From Psammoneis japonica (Eukaryota): a stretch of 43,791 nt of DNA. The notes beneath the pieces were generated by a model, which saw only the letters and a list, made by a program, of their open reading frames with translations, made no database searches and had not been told where the DNA came from. Of the stretch, positions 1-12,281 are shown in pieces (the stretch's first letter is position 1; each line of letters begins with the position of its first letter). A program made the position numbers and the translations under genes. The stretch lies in contig QPGO01000071.1 of NCBI GenBank assembly GCA_008632985.1, forward strand, positions 359,516-403,306, in the 5' to 3' direction.

Positions 1-139
1 GGTCGCGAGCTTTCCTACTGTACAGTATGATACAATATTTTTTTGACGGCGACAGGACACAGGACGGCAAAGCAAGTTTATCACTGTCGTTAGTTGTTGA
101 CAACCATCACCCTCCGTTATAATACAAGCAGAAAGCATA

Positions 140-2030
140 ATGTATCGAGTCGCTCTGGGGTCTATAAACTCGAGGCGAGCTCACCTTGTCTCAAGACAAG
201 GTAGGTTAGCCTTGGCGGCAGCGTCCGCGACCGTTCTGCACGTGCGCTTCTCGTCCGACAGTAGCACAAAGACGACTCGTTTGGAAGCAAATAAGGAACC
301 CGAAGAAAATAATAACAAAAAGGGATCCACATCGTTGGATCTTACGAAGGAATTGGAACGCGCCAAGAGTGATTTTGAGGGTTATCTGCAAACATGGGGT
401 GTGTTTTCGGATGGTGACGGCGATGAACAGAAACAATCCGGCAAAGAATCAGAAAAGAGGACCGATGATGATTCGTTAGATGATTTAAAGGTTTCGTTGA
501 CGGATCGACTTGAGCGACTCTTTTCGGATCACAAGCAACAAGAGCAAGATGGTGAACATGAAGAAAAGGTCAATCCTACAGCTGCCGAGAAGGCCGACTT
601 TCTCACGAGCATGGTCAAGGACGTTTCTTCCGTTCTGTTTACCCGAAGCAATGAACGAAAAGAAAAGGCTGTTCAGAATCTCTTGGAAACCGCTCATCAA
701 ACAATTCAAACTGGAGATACGCACAAGGAAGGGAAAAATCTATTGGATATTTTAAATTTGCTTTCAAGCAGCCTCAGTCAAGCGCACGACATGTTGCAGA
801 AGAATTTCGGTCACATTGATCTTTCAGAAGTATCGTTGAATGCTCTGTATTACTATGTCGAAAAGGAAGACGAAAGAAAGAACCCAAGCTGGAAACGGAG
901 GAAACACCGCTTTCATCCTGGAATAGATTACGATAGAGTGCTCGATCTGAATGATGCTCTTTATCTTGCCGACCTTGCGTACTTGGATAGTGTCGAGGAA
1001 ATCAAAGAAGGACTGGACGATTACAAAGCGCCCGTTGAAATGATTTATTGTGACACGGAAAGTTTTCCTGGGCGACCAAGTCACTTTATATTGTTGAAAA
1101 AGGACCAGAGTGTCTTGAGCTCCAATCTTGAAGTTATAATGGTGGTCCGAGGTAGCAAAACTATCCCTGACATTATCACGGACTGTCTGCTAGACGCGGT
1201 GGATTATCAGGATGGAAAAGGGCACGCCGGTATTCTCGAGTCGGGTAGGTATCTTGTAAACAAGTATCTACCTCTGCTTCAAACACTCCGAAAGGGCGCG
1301 AAGAAGCGCAAGGTAAAACTGACTCTGATTGGTCACTCCCTCGGAGCCGGGGCAGCTTCAATTGCTGGCATGGAGTTTCAACAGGTGCCTGAGATAGGCG
1401 TAGAAGTAATCGGTTTTGGGTGCCCGGCATTGCTGTCAAAAGAGCTCTCGGAAAGTACAAGCTCGTACATTACAACAGTAATCAATGATTCTGATTTAAG
1501 TGAGTGCATTCAGTGGAGGAGATTTGCTCATGTTGATGGAAAATGGAGCATGTTCTAACCTCGTCAATTTCTTTCTCAAAGTACCACGCACAAGCGGTGC
1601 GACCGTGGCAAACGCACTCCTTGATATCATGGAGTATGATTGGACCGACAAGGCCCGCGCCGACACGGAACATGCTTTACAAGAACTCCAGCGTGTGGCG
1701 CCCAGCATCCTATCCGATGATGCCCGCGAGACGATGCTCTCCACGGTTGATGCGTCCATTGAACAATTCTTAAAGCCATCCATCAAGGAACGCACCACTA
1801 AACGAATGGCCCCGGTGCTGTATCCACCGGGTACTTGCATTCATTTTTATCACGACGGACAGGGAATCAGCGCAAGCAAAGCCCCTTGCACGTTCTTCAA
1901 TGAAATCGACATTACCAGACGAATGGTGGACGATCATGTCATCGAGAGCGGCTACAAACAGGTCTTTCTTGATCTAATGCGAATTCACAAACGCGACGTG
2001 AACTTTAGATTTGATGATGTCAAAAGATAA
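140..2030 (+). CDS. Class 3 (fungal-type) lipase / alpha-beta hydrolase with long acidic N-terminal region and possible mitochondrial presequence; 2 exons (140-1499, 1582-2030)
   Basis: Motifs VVRGS..IPDIITD, GKGHAGIL and nucleophile elbow LIGHSLGAG. Intron 1500-1581 (GTGAGT...TTCTAAC branch...AAG) joins the ORFs into VINDSDLIPR, the typical D-x-[VI]-P-R motif. C-terminal LYPPG and MVDDH motifs. Confidence 0.9.
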
Positions 2031-2094
2031 GAATTATTACAGGAAAGAGTTGTACCCTACTACAGTAACGTGTGTCCAGACAAAGCAAGCTCGG

Positions 2095-4339
2095 TCACAG
2101 ACGTGGGAAAGTGATTTGATGTATCGATCCTGCCCATGGTGGCGTGGGATCTTGACCGACACTTGTATTGCCGCATTTGAACCACAACCCAAATCTTTCT
2201 GGACATCGATACACAGCATCCCCTTCGTCTACTCTGCACGACTCTGGCTTCTCCATCTCAAACGCGTCTGTAGTCGTACTTGAAAGTTCACAGTATGGCA
2301 ACATGGTAGGATTTGTTCCAACGCTAGCGAGCTGCTTACATCCAACCATCCTTCCATTCAGGAGGGACCACATTCCAAAACATGGGCGGCTGTCTCTAGT
2401 GGCAAAAGGGGATACGACGACGCTCCCAGAAGGATCTAGTGCAGCTCCTGTGCAGGAAGTGCACATTGTTAGACTGTACGATGAAACTTCGGGTTGCATT
2501 TGTTGTCGTAAGGAAGATTCAGCCCAAGAGCTATCCTTCGATCCAATTTTCCGAATGTCGTAAAGACGTAACCCCCCGAACTGGTGTCTGCATAGAAAGG
2601 TATGGTCATCGTCAGGGCGAGACAGCATGTTTGTCACGCCACCCAAAATGTTGTTTGTGATTCCGGGCGTTCCGTGCTTCTTTTTCTTCCTTCTGTCAGG
2701 CTTCCTACCAAGAATTGCAGCACACGTCGTCCTCTGTGCACGAGTATCTACTATGGACGCTTGCCCATTTTGATGTCCGTAAAATACTGTTTTGTTTGAA
2801 GGACAGCTCAGCGAGTCTTCCACGCACAACACATCCGACTGAGGAAAATCGACGAAATCGCATTCCTTGAATCCGTCCATCAACTGACTCATGAATATTG
2901 GCGAGAGTCTCTGGTTGTGCTGCCGCTTCTTCGGTGCGAATGAAACCGGATAATCATCTTACGATTCAAATTAAAAGTGATGCGAGGCATACAATCAAAA
3001 AGATAAGCCTTATGTCGCTTCGGTATATGATCATGTACCGGAATAAACTTACTATTGCCTTCGTTGTGATAACTCCAACAGAAATCATTCACATCGCATG
3101 GCAGATCAACAGCAAATGTGTCGTCTTTCGAGAAAACGTAGAACCTTGAATGTACAAAGAAATTGCTTGTCGTGATTCCCGCAAAGAAGAAACTGTTGTT
3201 GGACATTGATTTGTCTTTACGAGCTAGAAATCGGATCGAATCAAAATCACTGACACAGCTGCGACGATCGCCACTTTTCGATCTGACGTGTTAAGAACAT
3301 AAAAGTCAAAGGCAGCTTCAGTCTACAGAGTCATTTCAAGGCATTCCTTGATGACAAGCACCCATGCATCAGTCCTCACCTTGTTGTCGGGAGCACCGTT
3401 TCCGCTGAATAAAAGAGCGAATGATGGTTGGTTGAAAACGGCGAATCTGGAATGGAATGCGGAGTTTGTTGTACATCCCAAAGATTTCGACGAGGATAGT
3501 CCTCCGAGAACCGTAGCATGCATCCGCCATCGACCAGCGTTACAAACAATGGCATCTTGCTACCCGATCCAGATGGGTCTACCGCCCTTGCCACGTCAAA
3601 TGTTCGTTCGGTAGGCAATAGAACGGATTTGCATGTCAAGTCCCAATGCTCTTGCGACCAGCTAGAGAGCACAAGTATGAATAGTGAGAAAGAAGAAAGA
3701 AAATGAAAAAGAAAAGAGTGAGACTTTAACCGACTCCACGTCAGAAACATAGTTAGCAACAAGTTTGAATTACGCTAAGCTCCACAGCCCAGAGCATCTT
3801 ACGTACCGGTACTCTTCCGCGTTTGTTCCTTCAAATATTTGACAATAGGGCGTCAGCATGGATTGCCATTTGTTGTTTCTTTTCACGCAAGACGGAATTA
3901 CTTTGGAACAATGCATCAAGTGCTTATAGGAACACCACGACCGAAGTTTGACATTCCTAGACACCGTCGTTGGGCAGAATTGAGATGCACAAAGGTTGAA
4001 TGGAATCGACCTTGATGTGTCAAAAACATGGTTTTGATGGAGCCACAGTGACTGCGTTCGCTTGGATCCTCTAAAGTTTCTTGCTTGTTGAGAGTCATCT
4101 TTGCCTTTTGTGTCCAGCGAACCTTTGGGAAAATATGTTTTACGAGCCGGATCGTAGACGTAATCACCCAACACCCGAGGTGGATCCTTTCTGCTCTCCT
4201 TTTGCTCATCGTTCTTCAATTTTTCGTCGCTTTTCTTCCTTCGTTGTCTTTTCAGTTGCTCTTCGACATCGTGAAAGGAGCTGGCATTCTCGTTCTGCGA
4301 GGCGTTCTTGTGTCGATGCCGTTTATTTCGCCTCGCCAT
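2095..4339 (-). CDS. DCAF4/WDR21-like WD40 protein (putative DDB1-CUL4 substrate receptor), about 635 aa; exons 4339-3807, 3661-3380, 3282-3053, 2957-2095
   Basis: N-terminal GDYVYDPARKTYF resembles the DCAF4 GFYYDPEKxRYF motif. WD-like segments SDVLCV, VFYGHQNGQASIVDTR and LRLYDIR. Three GT-AG introns (3662-3806, 3283-3379, 2958-3052) give a consistent phase and 1908 nt total. Lys/Arg-rich NLS-like N-terminus. Confidence 0.7.
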
Positions 4340-4565
4340 GGTGCAACAACATGTCAGGCATTTTTGTTCGTTAGTTCGTTGTTCCATAACGCGTCTGTTC
4401 TCTGTCCCTGTTTTTTGGCGGGAAAAGTGCCTGGTCGTCACCCGGAAAAATGTTAGATCACGCCTCTGCAACATCATCATCAACCATGAAGAGCAGGAAA
4501 AGAGCGTCGCAATAGGCTGTGGTGTTGTTCAGGTCGTACCGGTTTTGTATCGAGAGAAATTGAGC

Positions 4566-5645
4566 ATGTCTTGCAATACTTTCATACATCGGTTAGGTTG
4601 TAACGTGATTACACGTGGTACGCTACTAGAGCACATCATTCGAAAGCACCATCTTTTGCCGGCGGTGCTGTCAGGACAACGACTGTTTTATTCTTCGAAA
4701 GCACCCTCAGATGACAATGAAAAAGAGGAAACAAAAGTCAACAAAGAAACATGGTCAACTGCATGGGTCCCCCCTAATCGCCCTTTGTCGGGTGATCTGG
4801 GAGAGTCGTCTCACACGTACGATACGACTGCCGAGGAATCAACAAAAGTGGAGTCGGATGAAGACGAAGAATTAAGGCAGCTCTTAGAGGAGGACGAAGA
4901 GCTACGGCGTCTTTTGGAAGAGGAAGAATCGTTCATGGAAGATGAAAACGAAAGCGAAAGTGAAGAAGAAAATGAGGATGATGATACAGTCGTAGACTGG
5001 TTGCAGACTCGTCGTTCCAAACTAAAGGGACAAATGTTGGGTACCGCGTCACAAGACCAACTCGATGTTATCAAACACACGCTATTGTCGCGAAATGAAA
5101 TCATATCTCTTCTGGAAAGGATGGGCGGACAACATATTGTAGAGATGAATCAGTATCAACAACACATGGGTGCCATGATTTTGACGACTTGCCCTTCTCC
5201 AATGCACATCTCAACCATTGCGGATACTATAGTCGAGAACCTTAAGAAACGAGAATTGGCAGATATGGGGGTTGTGGGTGCCCAGTTTGGATCAGAAGGA
5301 TCGGTATCAAAGCAAGAAACTTGGAGAATTGTAGATTGCTCCAATTTTGTCGTGCATCTCATGACAGAATCAACCAGACAACACCTGCAACTGGAAAAGT
5401 TGTGGACGCAAGAGCAAGGGGATGACTTGCGAAAAATCAGTCTAACGGACGAAGACGCTATGGATGATTATGTGGCTGACAATCCAATTCCCGATGACTA
5501 CTTCAGTTCTCTTGAAAGTGATGCGCAATGGACAACGGAAGCTATAACGAAAAGCTTGCGGAGAAAGAGATGGGACGAACCCACCAAGTCAAGGAACAAG
5601 CAGTCGAAACGGAGTGGTCGGAAAATGCCGAGACGTAATCGTTAA
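4566..5645 (+). CDS. rsfS: Organellar (probably mitochondrial) ribosome silencing factor RsfS/Iojap/MALSU1 family protein
   Basis: C-terminal domain with WRIVDCSNFVVHLMTESTRQHLQLEKLW (RsfS signature W..VD....VVH.......R..Y.LE.LW). Presequence-like N-terminus (..QRLFYSS) followed by an acidic linker. ATG at 4566 lies divergent from the DCAF4-like gene. Confidence 0.85.
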   Translation: MSCNTFIHRLGCNVITRGTLLEHIIRKHHLLPAVLSGQRLFYSSKAPSDDNEKEETKVNKETWSTAWVPPNRPLSGDLGESSHTYDTTAEESTKVESDEDEELRQLLEEDEELRRLLEEEESFMEDENESESEEENEDDDTVVDWLQTRRSKLKGQMLGTASQDQLDVIKHTLLSRNEIISLLERMGGQHIVEMNQYQQHMGAMILTTCPSPMHISTIADTIVENLKKRELADMGVVGAQFGSEGSVSKQETWRIVDCSNFVVHLMTESTRQHLQLEKLWTQEQGDDLRKISLTDEDAMDDYVADNPIPDDYFSSLESDAQWTTEAITKSLRRKRWDEPTKSRNKQSKRSGRKMPRRNR

Positions 5646-5829
5646 AGTTGCTAAGATTCTAATTTAAGGAACAAAACCATAATAAGAAAGGATGTTTCTT
5701 GCATGCGTGCTCTATAGTTAGTGCGTGGATGCCTAGGAAGGAAAAAGGACCCCACGAGTAGCTTCTTAACAGCATTGCTTCCAGATCCGTCTTTGCGCAA
5801 AAATTGAACTTCCAAGGTGCACACAATGC

Positions 5830-7560
5830 AATTGAAGAGGCACGCGTGAAGCAAGCGTGCACGGGCAGCTTTTCGTGCCGAGTCTCCGAGGATTGTTGCA
5901 ATCCTCGTCATCAGTGCGTCACACGCACATCAATGATGCACTGGAAGGAGGGGCTTTGAATCAATGCACGGCACTGGCTGCACATCTGTCGATGACACAC
6001 CCAGGGCACAAAGGGAGAAGATGACTGCACTTGGGCACCCACCTTGCTTGCTTCATAACTTGCACATTGTAGCACCTTGCACATGCAGCAGCAAACATCT
6101 TGGAGCCAACACAAGATGCTTTTGTTGAGCTGTCCTCCTCATCACACAGTCATGATGTGCAGGACCAGCCCTCACAATCACCCACCTTTGACTTGTTCTG
6201 TGGTCTGCAACAAACCTCAGAGTGTGATGGTGGAAAATGAAGTGGCTCACATGACAGCTCACCACACCTTGGCCTTGAGATTGCAGCATCGCAGGTGCCT
6301 TGGGTTTTCTGCGGTTCAGCCTGTTTTAAGCTGTGCTTCTTTGTCCAACAAAGCCACAGGGTGGAGTTGTGATGATGTTGCAACACAACGTGAGAGACAC
6401 CTGTGCCTCACATTGTTTGCCCCGACACTTCCTCACCACACCATCACAGTGCGCAGAGCCATTTGCAACAAAGTGAAAACACCAAGACAGTTTTGCACGC
6501 ATGTGAAATTTGTGGGTTGTCATCTCCAACACAGCCATGACAGCAGGAGAAAACTTCAGGGAGCGGGGGGGGGGGGGGGGCACTGGTGCTGTTTCCCATG
6601 ACTGCTGCACTGTGCAGTGCCATCTTTTCACCAGCTGCGCAACTTGGTTTCCACGCACCCTCCTGCAAAAAAAAGAAGGTGGTGGCTGCTGTCAAGCTTG
6701 TTGGCACCTCCACCCTTGAGAAAGCCCAAAACAGCACTTCCATCTTGCAGCACATGTTGGTTGAAAAGGTTTGCCCCAAGTGCAGCAGAGGGGCAATTTT
6801 GTTGTTGTTGGCCAAGCCACTCACTCTTTTCTCTCTGTCATGGCTCTTGGCCATTTCTGGCTGACCTGGCAAATCCACACTCAACCAACTGCTCTGAAAG
6901 GAGGGATTGCCAAAAAATGCAGAGCAACATGTGGCGGGACAAGCTTCGCAATGGCAGAAATGTGTTTTGAATTTCTCCGGCTGCAGAAGCTGACACGAGT
7001 TGGCACATTTCTAGGCCTCCATTGCAAGTCACAGCTGCTGAGCACAAAAATCACCAGCTTCTCAGTGAAGGCCCACTCCAGCTCCAGATGAACCATGATT
7101 CATCACGCAAGGTGTCAGCTGAGGAGGGTCGCATTTGGCACAATGAACTCCTTCAATTTTGATCATTTCAAAAATCAAAAGATGAGTGTGCACAAAAAAC
7201 AAAACTTTTGTGCACACTCACCCTTTGATTTTGGAAAAAATTGAAATTGAAGGAGTTTGTAGTGCTAAATGCAGGAGTGAGTCAGTGATGGATCATGCCC
7301 GCCCCTTTTTTTTAAACACCTGGAGAGAGCCAGAACAGGCCTGCAGTGGGAAACAAGTTGTTGGCAACGTGGCTCATTGAATTTGTCAAACAAGTGCAGT
7401 GCAACCTGAAGTTGTCAATGTCAAACAAGAAAATCTGATTTCTCAAGACTGGGGGTGTGCCATCTGCCCTCCCTTGTTTCTCAAACATTTGCTGCTGTTT
7501 TTGACCTCTCTGCCAGCTGCAGTTGGTCTGCCAAGCACAGAAACATGATTTTCAGCACAG
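5830..7560. other. TpA/CpG-depleted, TpG/CpA-rich hypermutated domain 1 (degenerate repeat or dead-gene DNA)
   Basis: TA and CG almost absent and TG/CA abundant. Six-frame ORFs are Cys/His/Trp/Gln-rich and essentially Tyr-free. Contains a G16 run (6565-6580). Boundaries approximate. Confidence 0.85.
7171..7232. repeat. Inverted repeat / hairpin, 27-bp arms (25/27 matched), 8-nt spacer
   Basis: 7171-7197 AAAATCAAAAGATGAGTGTGCACAAAA versus the reverse complement of 7206-7232, AAAATCAAAGGGTGAGTGTGCACAAAA. Confidence 0.85.
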
Positions 7561-7937
7561 GGGCATGAGGGAGTATTTTCAATAAACCAAAACCACAGTC
7601 CCTTGTCGAACTTCCCATTTGACTCAGACGCATCGTCAGATCCACCTTGGCGATGATGCATGGACGACAGACATGACGCAAGACCGCCGTGGGAACGGGC
7701 AGGTGGACCGGATGGAGGTGGGGCAGCGCAGCGCGGTTTTTCGTCCCGTGCCTCTCTCCATCCGTATCGGTAATCTGCTTCGCTACCTGCCTCCAGTACA
7801 GCATCTGTCTCTTCATAGCATGGCATCCCACTACCGGCACATCCAAGAGAAGAGCGCAAAGAGAAAGACCTACGACGATATGTGTATGATGTTTATATGA
7901 CAACTCTAACGGAAGAATTGGTTGCGCCTGCAACAAG

Positions 7938-9095
7938 TTACCAGAAGTTCTCCATCCCAATGCTATTGAGAAGCTCCCGTCGCTCGTCCGACAAGACTTT
8001 CCGTCTCATTTTCTGAACCCTTACCCATTTACCAAGCTTTGGGTTTTCATCAAAATGCTTTGGGACATTGCAATGGCCGTTCTGAAGCTTGTACTGCTTC
8101 AGTTGCTCAAACATGCTCTCCCATGATTCCTGGACACGCCAAATGAATCCTACAGCGTCGAGGTGTTCGATTCTGTCGGCGGCGAGCTTATCAGACTTTT
8201 TGAGCGTTCTTTGCTTTTGAACCCCTATCAAAATGACAATCGAAGGAAGCAAATGTGAGTGTATATGAACGAATGAAAAATATCAATATGACCAAAGACA
8301 ACACGTACAGTTTCCTAGCTTGGGTATCTGTTTGTAATCCTGTGGGACAACACAATGGCCATGTTTTTGCTTATACTGAAGCAACCTTTCATACATTACA
8401 TCCCATGTTTCTCGCTTGTAAGGCTGAGAATAGGGTGCAGGTTTTTCTTCGTCTTCACCAGCAGGATCTTCGTCTGCATCTTCAGCTTCGGCAGCAGGAG
8501 GTACTATAGCCACACCATTCCGTTTTGCTTCTTCTCGCTCAGCAGCTTCTCGGTTAAGATCGTTTGCAGTCGCTTGTAGTAATGAAAGCTCGCCCGAAGT
8601 TCTCGGCTGTTGATTAAGAGAGGCCAACGCCATTGCTTCCTCTTGGAGCAGCACCGCAGCACCAGAGGGATGAGGATTCAAGTACTGTGGTATACCCGCA
8701 GAAACAGGATACAACAGAACGGGATGTGGAACAGGAGCTAGTGCAATAGAGTGCAAAGGAATGCCAAGTGTGTTGAGGGGCAATGACGCAGAAGCCATGT
8801 AACGGTTGTTCCGTTCGCGTTGTTGTTGTAGCAGCTGACTTCTCCGCTGTCTCAACTGGTGAAGTGATAAGAGCTGCTGATTCTCTCGACCAGGGGAAGT
8901 AAACGATGCCAACGGGTCTACAAAATGGCTTCGATCCTGCACTCCGGGCGACGTTAATCCGGAGTACTCCGTCAAATTTCGCCTTTGAATCGGGGCAATT
9001 GCATTTCCCGAAGGCTGAACCTTTGGCGAATCTTCACTTTTGCGGTGTGTTGATGACATGTTGCGGGAGTATTCTTCTCCTCGGTGGACTAGCAT
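7938..9095 (-). CDS. Helicase-associated (HA) domain protein with two HA repeats and a Gln-rich low-complexity N-terminus; exons 9095-8309, 8224-7938 (alternative start 9059)
   Basis: WDVMYERLLQYKQKHGHCVVPQDY...PKLGNWVQKQR...RIEHLDAVGFIW and WESMFEQLKQYKLQNGHCNVP...PKLGKWVRVQ...ERRELLNSIG are textbook HA repeats. Intron 8225-8308 (GTACGT...TAG) restores LGNWV. Confidence 0.9.
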
Positions 9096-9699
9096 TGCAA
9101 GTGTACGTTGTTTCTCTGAAGTTTCGTCGTTTCTCGGTCTTTGTCTTTGACCTTTAACTTCGTGACAGCAGCAACAATGAGGCCTCTCAAACAATTCAGT
9201 AGGGCCCTAGAGCCTCTTCTTTAGCGCGTTGTTTGTGGCAACTTCCGTTCTTTTGTGTCGAGATTGTCAGCCGAAAAGGGCTTTCTCATAAATAAAAATG
9301 TGCCACACGAATATCCGCTTTGTCGGTGTTCATTATCAAATTAAACAGATACGTTTAGAAGAGACGTGTCATATTCACGACTACGTACTATTAACGAAGA
9401 AGTTGTACTGAAATCTGCCTGCGAAAATGAGGGAAGATTGTCTTTCAATAGCCTTCCCAATGCAATTACTTAACGAGAAAAGCCTTGACAAATGAACATA
9501 AGGACATTTGATCTTGATGATTTCTGTATGTTTATCAACTCATTCTTGTAACGGCCTCTTCGCAAAAAAAGGCTATTTCCAGTTCACAACGCAGACGCGA
9601 GGCCAATTCTGGCCGCCACACCCTCTCTAGCTAGAGCTCCCTCACTCGACATGATGGCATTTCGTCGCGCCAAGTATTTTGTGATGTGGCTTCGACTGC

Positions 9700-11290
9700 A
9701 GCCTACTCGCGACAACATGCACTCTGGCTAGTGGGGGTTTGTGGGTGTGACGCCCATGAGAGTGCCCACATTTTCACGATGTTTTGTTTGTGAGCAGGGC
9801 GCGTGAGAAGCAAAGGGGGAACTTGCTGTTTGTCACTTGTTGTTGGAGATTTCTTGTTCTTTTCTCTTGCAGACTGCAAGTGCTTCAGCAAGAAGGTGCA
9901 ACATTTGACACATTTTCAGTTGTGCTTGGACATTTTTCAAAATGTTGGGTTTGACGACAGATCCAGAGGCAGCAGGTCAACAGAGGGAGAGAGGAGCTGC
10001 CACTCTCCTTGAGAGAAGCTGGATTTTTCATCGCACTGCACAAAGCACGTCAAAGCAGAAGAGCTCTTGTGGATCTGCTCCATGTCAGCATGGATGATGA
10101 TGGCAATGCAAAGTGTGCAATCTTCTCATTTGAGGAGGGTTTTCAAAAATTGCCAGTGACAAGTGGGGGCACGGCTGAGCGGCTTGATTTGACGCCAGAG
10201 CTTGCTCGCAACAAAGATTTGCACATGATCCTCTGTGCTTTTTTGTTGCCTTCAACACTGGTGCAGACAGGGAACTGCTGCTGTGGACCAAGAGAAAGGC
10301 CCAAGTTGTGCCCAGTTGCAGCAGGGGCAGGAGGGGGGAGCCACAGGGTCAACTTTTCCACAAACCTGGAGGGTTGCTTTCTTGCCTCCAAGGCTTCCAA
10401 GAGAGATGCTGGCTGTTGCAGCCAATGAAGAGCCACTGCTTTTGGCTTTTTTCAAAGCACATCTTTGAGATTGGTCAGATGGAAAGTTCACTGGCTTTGA
10501 TTTCCGGAGCACAGGAAGTGGCTGTGGCACACGCAGGTTCTTTTTTTGTTGGCCCTGAAAAAGCAACAAGAAATGGGGCAACAAAACTGTCAAGCTCGCA
10601 GCACTTGTTTGGAGTGTCCATGGTGGCATCAAGGTGCAAGAGGGTTGGACATCAACAATGATGGCAGCACAGGTTGGGCTTTTTCCACCTTTGGCATTTG
10701 ACAAAATGTGCTGGACACAAAAAAGCATGGGAGGCGGTGCTTTGACGACAGCGACCTTCCTTTTTTTTGAAGCATCAGCTTGTGTGGGAAATGTCTGCAT
10801 GCCCTGCAATTGCATTGGCAAGCATTGGTTTTTAGAAAGAGTTGCATGGCTTGCATCTGCAGAAATGCTCTTGCCAGCTGCCACAACAAAAGCTTCTGCA
10901 GTTGAGCGGCGGTGCATGATGCGCAGCAAGTTGTTGCGCCACTGCTTGGGGCATTTTTGGCAGGTCACATTGTGCCAGCCACGGATGACAACATTTCATT
11001 TTGATGCCAACTGTGTGTCTTCCATGACAAGCATGTTTCTCCACCAGTTGTTGCTGGCGTGCCAGAGTTTTTTTCGTGTTGTTGTGCCAGAACGACTGCA
11101 GATGACCTTTTCAGCTCCAACCACGCAAGGAGCCAGAGCCGACTCACTGGTTTGTGACACAGCACATCTCTCTGTTCTCATAATTCTCTCAAGTGTTTGG
11201 TTTTTTCTTAAAAGTGCAGCACTGGCTGTTGACCTTGATGTGCCAGCACAGCACTTCCTGTCATCCGAAGCGAGGAAGCGAGCAAGTCCT
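9700..11290. other. TpA/CpG-depleted hypermutated domain 2
   Basis: TA nearly absent. The 240-aa ORF 10634-11356 contains no Tyr. Boundaries approximate. Confidence 0.85.
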
Positions 11291-11322
11291 TCGCCAGTGA
11301 AGTGGCGCATCATTAGAAACAT
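10143..11322 (-). pseudogene. Possible decayed protein-coding gene of unknown family
   Basis: ORFs 10996-11322 and 10252-10968 share a frame and are separated by one TGA. The less-mutated 5' end lies about 200 bp divergent from the gene at 11527, a spacing like other head-to-head pairs here. Weak, because stop codons are generally depleted in these domains. Confidence 0.35.
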
Positions 11323-11526
11323 TAGAAGCTGTTCATTTCAATCTTGGGTATCTTGATTGAGTCGTGCCGAAGTTCTCGTGCGTTCTGCGTTCTGCTTTAT
11401 ATTATATTTCGGCACAACATGTTGCCGCTCGGTAGTCGGAACAGTTAACATTACAGCAGTTGTGTGTTGTTGCGTTAGTTCTTGTTTCGCTGTTGAAGAC
11501 AGGATTGAGGAAAGAGTCTCAAAGAC

Positions 11527-12246
11527 ATGGTGGAGAACAAGGCATCCCTTTTAGGTGCACCAAAGAACGACGGAGGTAGCTTGGGCGAAACGCAGGGCAC
11601 AATCATGGCAGAAGCGACTGCAGACGCGCCTGCAAGCAATCACGGTGACCCCTTGACGCTTGATGGGGTGGAGACTACAGCCAGCGACGATGATAATGCT
11701 GAGGCTCACACAGATGACCGCTTAATGGTGGGTGCTGGCGTAGCTGGCGGTGTTTGCGGTCTCTTGCTGGGCGGTCCCTTCCTTGCGACACTTGCAGGAT
11801 TCGGCGCAGCATGGGCTACTTCGAAGCAAGGTGCCGCTGGTGACGTCGCACGAGCCATGGGGGAGGTTGCTCTGACGGCTCGTAGCAAGGCTCAAGAACT
11901 GGACGCTAAGCATAAGTTCACTGAAACGACAAAGGAAGCTGCATCACAAGCCGTGGGTCGGTTGCAAGAGTATGAACGCCAACACGATGTTGTGGCAAAG
12001 ACGAAGGAATTCTTCGTTTTCTCGTGGACCAAAGTTTCCGATTTCAATCGCGAGCATCGCGTCGTGCAGCGGGCGTTTGAAACGGTGGGTCAAGCTATTA
12101 CGTTTGTGGTGAACAAAATCATTGATGCAGCAACATCAAGTAGTGAGGAAAACAACGAAGATTCACCGGAGCCGGAGTACACGTTTGTTCCCAGTGCACC
12201 CCCTGAATCGGAAGACAAGACCAAGTGCGATGCAAAGCCGTTCTAA
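11527..12246 (+). CDS. Hypothetical protein with Gly-rich hydrophobic hairpin (glycine-zipper-like) and amphipathic helical C-terminus
   Basis: 239-aa single-exon ORF with normal composition. GAGVAGGVCGLLLGGPFLATLAGFGAAWA hydrophobic segment, followed by GDVARAMGEVA. Confidence 0.8.
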   Translation: MVENKASLLGAPKNDGGSLGETQGTIMAEATADAPASNHGDPLTLDGVETTASDDDNAEAHTDDRLMVGAGVAGGVCGLLLGGPFLATLAGFGAAWATSKQGAAGDVARAMGEVALTARSKAQELDAKHKFTETTKEAASQAVGRLQEYERQHDVVAKTKEFFVFSWTKVSDFNREHRVVQRAFETVGQAITFVVNKIIDAATSSSEENNEDSPEPEYTFVPSAPPESEDKTKCDAKPF

Positions 12247-12281
12247 AACGAAGTAGTATCTGCTAGTATACCTAAGATATC

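Noticed and set aside
6608..6619. CACTGTGCAGTG as a mutated version of the palindrome TACTGTACAGTA (16-27)
   Set aside because: It fits the TA->CA/TG rule at all three sites, but a 12-mer in TG/CA-rich DNA can match by chance.
7443..7900. ORFs 7443-7859 (-) and 7619-7900 (+) as genes
   Set aside because: Short, with no motifs. They could be the HA gene's 3' region or the edge of a decayed gene, but this cannot be supported.
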